Below are positions 59,701-64,000 of a stretch of DNA of 64,000 nucleotides, one piece after another (the first letter of the stretch is position 1; each line of letters starts with the position of its first letter). The stretch is from Streptococcaceae bacterium (GTDB lineage: Bacteria > Bacillota > Bacilli > Lactobacillales > Streptococcaceae). The position numbers were made by a program, and so were the translations under genes. Below the pieces are notes generated by a model that saw only the letters and a program-made list of their open reading frames with translations, made no database searches and had not been told where the DNA came from. The stretch lies in assembly GCA_031285775.1 (NCBI GenBank), contig JAITVN010000004.1:391-64390 (forward strand), in the 5' to 3' direction.

Positions 59701-60534
59701 TTACAATACTCCAATCAGGACGCCGAGGACACCGAAAGCCATGAGGCCCAGCATGATATAGGTGACTTTAAAGCCTTTTTTGACCATCCAGTAAACGAAG
59801 AAGGTCAGGCCTAGAGGGAGCATGGCAGGTAGGATACCGTTGAACATGTCTTGAAGCACTGTTTTGGTGCCGTTGAGTTTTAGGACGATTGGGGTCTGAA
59901 GTTTGACCATGGTGGCAATCATTGCGCCGACAACGAAAGTGCCCAGGAGTTTTGCGGCTGCTGTCAGTTTTTCAAACAGGCCTTCTGCATAGACTTTCTG
60001 GATGAAGGTCATACCGCTGGAGTAGCCGATTTTCAGACCGCCGATACGCAGAATGTAATGCGGCACGTTGTAAATCAGGATGAATAGGATAGCACCGAGG
60101 ATGTTTCCCTTGACGGCGAGTCCTGTACCGATGCCTGCGCCGATGATTCGGATGGTGCCCCAGAAGAATGAATCTCCAATACCGGCCAGCGGGCCCATGA
60201 GTGCTGCCTTGATTGCACCGATCGCGTCAGCATTCGATTCTTCATCTTTGCCGACCTTGGCGTTCTCTTCTTCCATGGCAATGACGAGTCCCATGATAAA
60301 GGTAACGAATTGCGGCGATGTGTTGAAGAAGGTCACATGGCGTTGTAAGGCTAATGCCATATCTTCTTTGTTTTTATAAATTCTCCGTAAGGCTGGAAGG
60401 AGCGCAAAGCACCAGCCGATGGCCTGCATACGTTCGTAGTTAAATGCACCTTGAAGTGCCAGTGAGCGAATGACGGTTTTCCAGAATATTTTCCTGTCCA
60501 GGGCTTTTACTTCAGTTTTTTCTACATTTTCCAT
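59701..60534 (-). CDS. PTS mannose-family EIID
   Basis: FNYERMQ, LMGPLAGIGDS. Confidence 0.93.
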   Translation of the reverse strand: MENVEKTEVKALDRKIFWKTVIRSLALQGAFNYERMQAIGWCFALLPALRRIYKNKEDMALALQRHVTFFNTSPQFVTFIMGLVIAMEEENAKVGKDEESNADAIGAIKAALMGPLAGIGDSFFWGTIRIIGAGIGTGLAVKGNILGAILFILIYNVPHYILRIGGLKIGYSSGMTFIQKVYAEGLFEKLTAAAKLLGTFVVGAMIATMVKLQTPIVLKLNGTKTVLQDMFNGILPAMLPLGLTFFVYWMVKKGFKVTYIMLGLMAFGVLGVLIGVL

Positions 60535-60548
60535 TTCTAGCCTCCTTT

Positions 60549-61289
60549 CTATAATACTGATTTATTTTTCAGAGAATTGCGATATGTCACGAATGCAACA
60601 GCAGCCCCTAGAATTGAAATCGAAATCATACTCATTCCCAGAACTGCAGCAAGGACAAATCCCACAAACAGATACGGCGCGCTGTCTTTGTCAAAGATGA
60701 AACGCATCAGAATCGCGATACCAAGGGCTGGCAGGAGACCTGAAGACATCCCAAGTCCAGTCAGAATATTTTGCGGAATTACCTTAACCAGCGATTGAAT
60801 GGCCCCCGAGCCAAGAAGCACGCCGAAGAAGACAGGAATGAAGGAAATCAGGAAGAAGACACTCGCTCCCATCCATAGAAGTCTGGCAATCCCTTTGTCA
60901 TTTCCCTGCGCCGCGTAAACATCGGCTTTGCGGTTGAGACCAGTGTTGATAATACGAGCCAGAATCCCCAAGCTCTGTGCAAGAAGTGCAATCGGCAGCG
61001 CAACAGCAATCGCCGTCTTCGTGTCCAGACCTGAGAGAATTGCAAAAGTTGTCCCTAGAATGCCGCCTGTGACCATATCAGGCGGTGTCGCGCCACCGAT
61101 ATTGACCATTCCCATCCAGACCAGCTCGAGCGATCCGCCCATAATAATGCCTGTCTGGAAATCGCCAAGAATTAATCCGACAATAGGCCCTACAACTAAC
61201 GGTCTGTCCAGCATATTTTGCCCGAACATCCGAGAATCCCACTGGGCAAGGCCGGCCAGTATTCCTAATAATAAAGCTTGAATAAACAT
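60549..61289 (-). CDS. PTS mannose-family EIIC
   Basis: RPLVVG, GGATPPD, LPALGIA. Confidence 0.93.
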   Translation of the reverse strand: MFIQALLLGILAGLAQWDSRMFGQNMLDRPLVVGPIVGLILGDFQTGIIMGGSLELVWMGMVNIGGATPPDMVTGGILGTTFAILSGLDTKTAIAVALPIALLAQSLGILARIINTGLNRKADVYAAQGNDKGIARLLWMGASVFFLISFIPVFFGVLLGSGAIQSLVKVIPQNILTGLGMSSGLLPALGIAILMRFIFDKDSAPYLFVGFVLAAVLGMSMISISILGAAVAFVTYRNSLKNKSVL

Positions 61290-61300
61290 AATTCCTCCTT

Positions 61301-61795
61301 CTAATTGCTTTTTCTTGAGTAAATTTTCTTCATGTCAGCAAGCGACAACTCCTTGTCTGACGGTACAACCTGGACAGAGACCTTCTTCCCGAGAGCGTCA
61401 ATTTTCTCAGCGTTGTCAATGTCGTGCCTCGAAAGAAAAACCTGCCTCTCCATCTGGACGCGCCCCTCGGCCTTCCGAATTCCGCCAAGCACGGCCTCCT
61501 TAATCCCTGGAATATTTTCCGCCATCATTACTGCGTCATCTGTAGTCTCCACCACAATAAAAATCTTACTGCTGTCATTTGCCGGATCATTGCAGAACTT
61601 AACCGCTTCATCTTTCGTGACGATGTTCAATGCCACACCAGGCGGTTTAGCCAGGTTTAGAGCCATCTGCAAGAATGGATCCTTCGCATATTTGTCATTC
61701 GCCACTACGATGACATTGGCACTTAGATAGGAAGTCCAAGTCATGGCAACTTGGCCGTGAATCAGCCGGTCATCAACCCTCAGTAACGTAATCAT
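61301..61795 (-). CDS. PTS mannose-family EIIB
   Basis: RVDDRLIHGQV. Confidence 0.93.
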   Translation of the reverse strand: MITLLRVDDRLIHGQVAMTWTSYLSANVIVVANDKYAKDPFLQMALNLAKPPGVALNIVTKDEAVKFCNDPANDSSKIFIVVETTDDAVMMAENIPGIKEAVLGGIRKAEGRVQMERQVFLSRHDIDNAEKIDALGKKVSVQVVPSDKELSLADMKKIYSRKSN

Positions 61796-62201
61796 TTTCT
61801 ACCACCTTGTCTAGTAATTTGTTCAAATAAACAATCGAAGATTTCGCATTCTCCACAGCTTTTTCAATTCCTGCGGCAGTATTTTCCTCTGTACTCAGGA
61901 CAATCTCAAGCAACAGGCCCAAATTCAGTCCTGTCACAAGATGCAGATTTTGCTGAGTCTGCAAAAATGGAAAGGCAGCTTGAGTCGAGCTTCCGCCCTG
62001 AATATCCGTCAGAACAATGATGTCACTGTCTTCTTCCGCTGAAGCGATGAAAGCACTGATTTGACTTCTCACATCTTCAGGACTGTCATCTTCAGCGATT
62101 GAAATCCTGCTGACTTCTTCTATTCCGGAAATCATCCTCAAAGAATCAGCGATTCCCTCGGCAAATTTCCCATGTGTTAAGATTAAAATTTTCCTACGCA
62201 T
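61773..62201 (-). CDS. PTS mannose-family EIIA
   Basis: LTHGKFA, LTDIQGGS, TGLNL. Confidence 0.9.
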   Translation of the reverse strand: MRRKILILTHGKFAEGIADSLRMISGIEEVSRISIAEDDSPEDVRSQISAFIASAEEDSDIIVLTDIQGGSSTQAAFPFLQTQQNLHLVTGLNLGLLLEIVLSTEENTAAGIEKAVENAKSSIVYLNKLLDKVVENDYVTEG

Positions 62202-63373
62202 CCATTCTCCTTTTGAATCGCATTCACATCGCCGCATTTTCCGCCGACAAAGGCTTCTTGCACCTGATAGTCAGCATCAAGCACGACAATATCTGCATCA
62301 TAGCCTTTCTGGATTCTCCCTTTTACATTGTCTATTCCCAGAAGTTCTGCTGGATAAAGCGAAGCCATTTGAAGCGCCTCTACCAGGTCAATTCTGGTGT
62401 TCTCAACAGTATTTTTTACTGCATTATTCAGCTTCAGAACACTTCCAGCAAGACCGCCTGTTTCCTTAAGCCTGACAGAGTCGTCTTCACTCAGGACGAC
62501 CGGCCTTCCATGGAGCACATAGTCTCCCAGCGGCATGCCTTTAGCCCTGTTAGAATCTGTAATAAGAATCATTTTCCCCCTTCCTTTAGTTTTTCGCACA
62601 AGATCAATCGCCTCGAAACTCACATGAATTCCATCAGCGATAAATTCACAGACCAGGTCATTACTCAGCATGGCATAACCCGCTAAGGAAATCTCGCGAT
62701 GATGAATCTGCGGCATCCCATTGAACATATGTGTGATTAATTGTGCACCATGTTTTTCACCCAGCTCGGCTTCGATTTTGCGCGCCCCAGAATGTCCCAT
62801 GCTCACAAGAAAGCCCTTCTCATGAAGGTAGCGAATCAGCGAAAAGTCCTCATCCTCTTCCGGCGCCAGTGTAATGCGCTTTATCTGATTTCTGCCAGCC
62901 TGATTGAAGGCCTCGAAACACTCGACACTGGGCGAAATAATACTTTGAGGATTCTGAGCACCAGCGAACTTAACGTTCAGAAAAGGTCCTTCCAAATGAA
63001 TTCCCAGGCAGTTTGCTCCGAAATCCAGCGCCTGACTGACAATTTTCCCCCCCAAAACTACCAAGCGTGAAATCAATTCTGCCCTATCTAAGGAAGTGGA
63101 GGTGGCAAGAAAGGAAGTCGTTCCTTCAAGCAAGAGATTGCGTCGAAGCCTGTCAAAACCCTCCTGCGGGTAATCCAGACAGTCGTCTCCGTAGCCGCCA
63201 TGCAGGTGCAAATCTATGAAACCAGGAACAATCATATTTTCCTGAAAATCATAATCCACCATAGTTTGTGCTGCATAGGGAAGAATCTCAATTATCTTCC
63301 CATTTTCAAAAGCCAAAGCCGCAGCTTCAAAGCCTTCACCGATGAGCACATTTTTACTCTTGATAATTACCAT
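62183..63373 (-). CDS. nagA: N-acetyl-hexosamine-6-phosphate deacetylase
   Basis: PGFIDLHLHG, HLEGPF, THMFNGM, ADGIH, LAGS. Confidence 0.88.
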   Translation of the reverse strand: MVIIKSKNVLIGEGFEAAALAFENGKIIEILPYAAQTMVDYDFQENMIVPGFIDLHLHGGYGDDCLDYPQEGFDRLRRNLLLEGTTSFLATSTSLDRAELISRLVVLGGKIVSQALDFGANCLGIHLEGPFLNVKFAGAQNPQSIISPSVECFEAFNQAGRNQIKRITLAPEEDEDFSLIRYLHEKGFLVSMGHSGARKIEAELGEKHGAQLITHMFNGMPQIHHREISLAGYAMLSNDLVCEFIADGIHVSFEAIDLVRKTKGRGKMILITDSNRAKGMPLGDYVLHGRPVVLSEDDSVRLKETGGLAGSVLKLNNAVKNTVENTRIDLVEALQMASLYPAELLGIDNVKGRIQKGYDADIVVLDADYQVQEAFVGGKCGDVNAIQKENGCVGKF

Positions 63374-64000
63374 TCTTGAGCATTTTCTCCTTTCGACTTT
63401 TCAGCCAGAAAATTAAGTATGGAAGCAGACAGCTTGCCGAAACCCCTGTCAACATCGCCGTTTTCCCAAGACTCGCAGAAGCGCCGCCCAGAAAACTGCC
63501 AAGGAAAAAGAGAAGCACGAGAAGTAGGATATCCAAGGCCAGTTTCGCCTCCTCCCTTTTGTGACGAAGCACGAAGTTGACAAGATAAGAATAGAAATTT
63601 TTCAAATTCCCCGTCATGATTCCATTATTTAAATTACTTTTCTCGAAATCCCGAAAAAAAGTAAGCGCAATACCAGATAAGAAGCTGTACACAACCACAC
63701 TAAGATTTGACGTCAGTATCGAGTTAAAGACCGTACTTAGCCAAATAATGACTGAGAAAACCGACCAGCCAAACCGCCAGTTTTTCTTGCACTCGCTGAT
63801 TAAGACAGCTGCCAGCGTACATCCCGCTCCGAAGCCGACTAGCAGACACAAATTATCAGCCGCCGAATCGATTTCCCCCTTGGATAGCTCAATTCCAAGA
63901 TTCACCAAATTTCCCGTTTGAGCACTAATCAAAGTGGAATGGTTGTAAATCGCTGAATAAGCATTGAGAAAGCCCAGAATCAGTGTTGAAAGCCCAGTTG
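63354..64000 (-). CDS. DUF1275/YoaK family membrane protein (5' end outside window)
   Basis: SAQTGNL and GIMTGNL motifs; frame open to the window edge. Confidence 0.8.
   Translation of the reverse strand, partial: TGLSTLILGFLNAYSAIYNHSTLISAQTGNLVNLGIELSKGEIDSAADNLCLLVGFGAGCTLAAVLISECKKNWRFGWSVFSVIIWLSTVFNSILTSNLSVVVYSFLSGIALTFFRDFEKSNLNNGIMTGNLKNFYSYLVNFVLRHKREEAKLALDILLLVLLFFLGSFLGGASASLGKTAMLTGVSASCLLPYLIFWLKSRKEKMLKNGNYQE

Noticed and set aside
212-63921. Many overlapping antisense ORFs in the track
   Set aside because: Shadows of well-supported genes on the opposite strand.
1-64000. tRNA, rRNA, integrase, transposase or prophage genes
   Set aside because: No recognisable signatures; GTTCG motifs in the repeats lack cloverleaf context.

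Overview
Low-GC Firmicute chromosomal window; the gene content suggests a Lactococcus/Lactovum-like member of Streptococcaceae (inference). Core genes (guaC, purine riboswitch-xpt-pbuX, gdhA, trehalose PTS operon, rpsU, ung, a 6S-RNA-like element) alternate with accessory islands. These are an AT-rich, partly decayed circular-bacteriocin cluster with a divergent precursor; two tandem lactococcin-972-type clusters sharing an ECF-sigma-like promoter and leader; a heterodimeric ABC exporter split by a kinase-GNAT-RhuM insert; and a pair of orphan membrane paralogs. There is also a sugar-ABC operon with two ADP-ribosylglycohydrolases whose LacI, 2-HCT and ribokinase genes are degraded, and two PTS catabolic operons. 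The most striking structure not explained by the ORF track is a family of seven co-oriented, modular intergenic repeats (about 115-285 bp) with nested stems showing clear compensatory base changes. All calls rest on motif recognition by eye; no searches were run.
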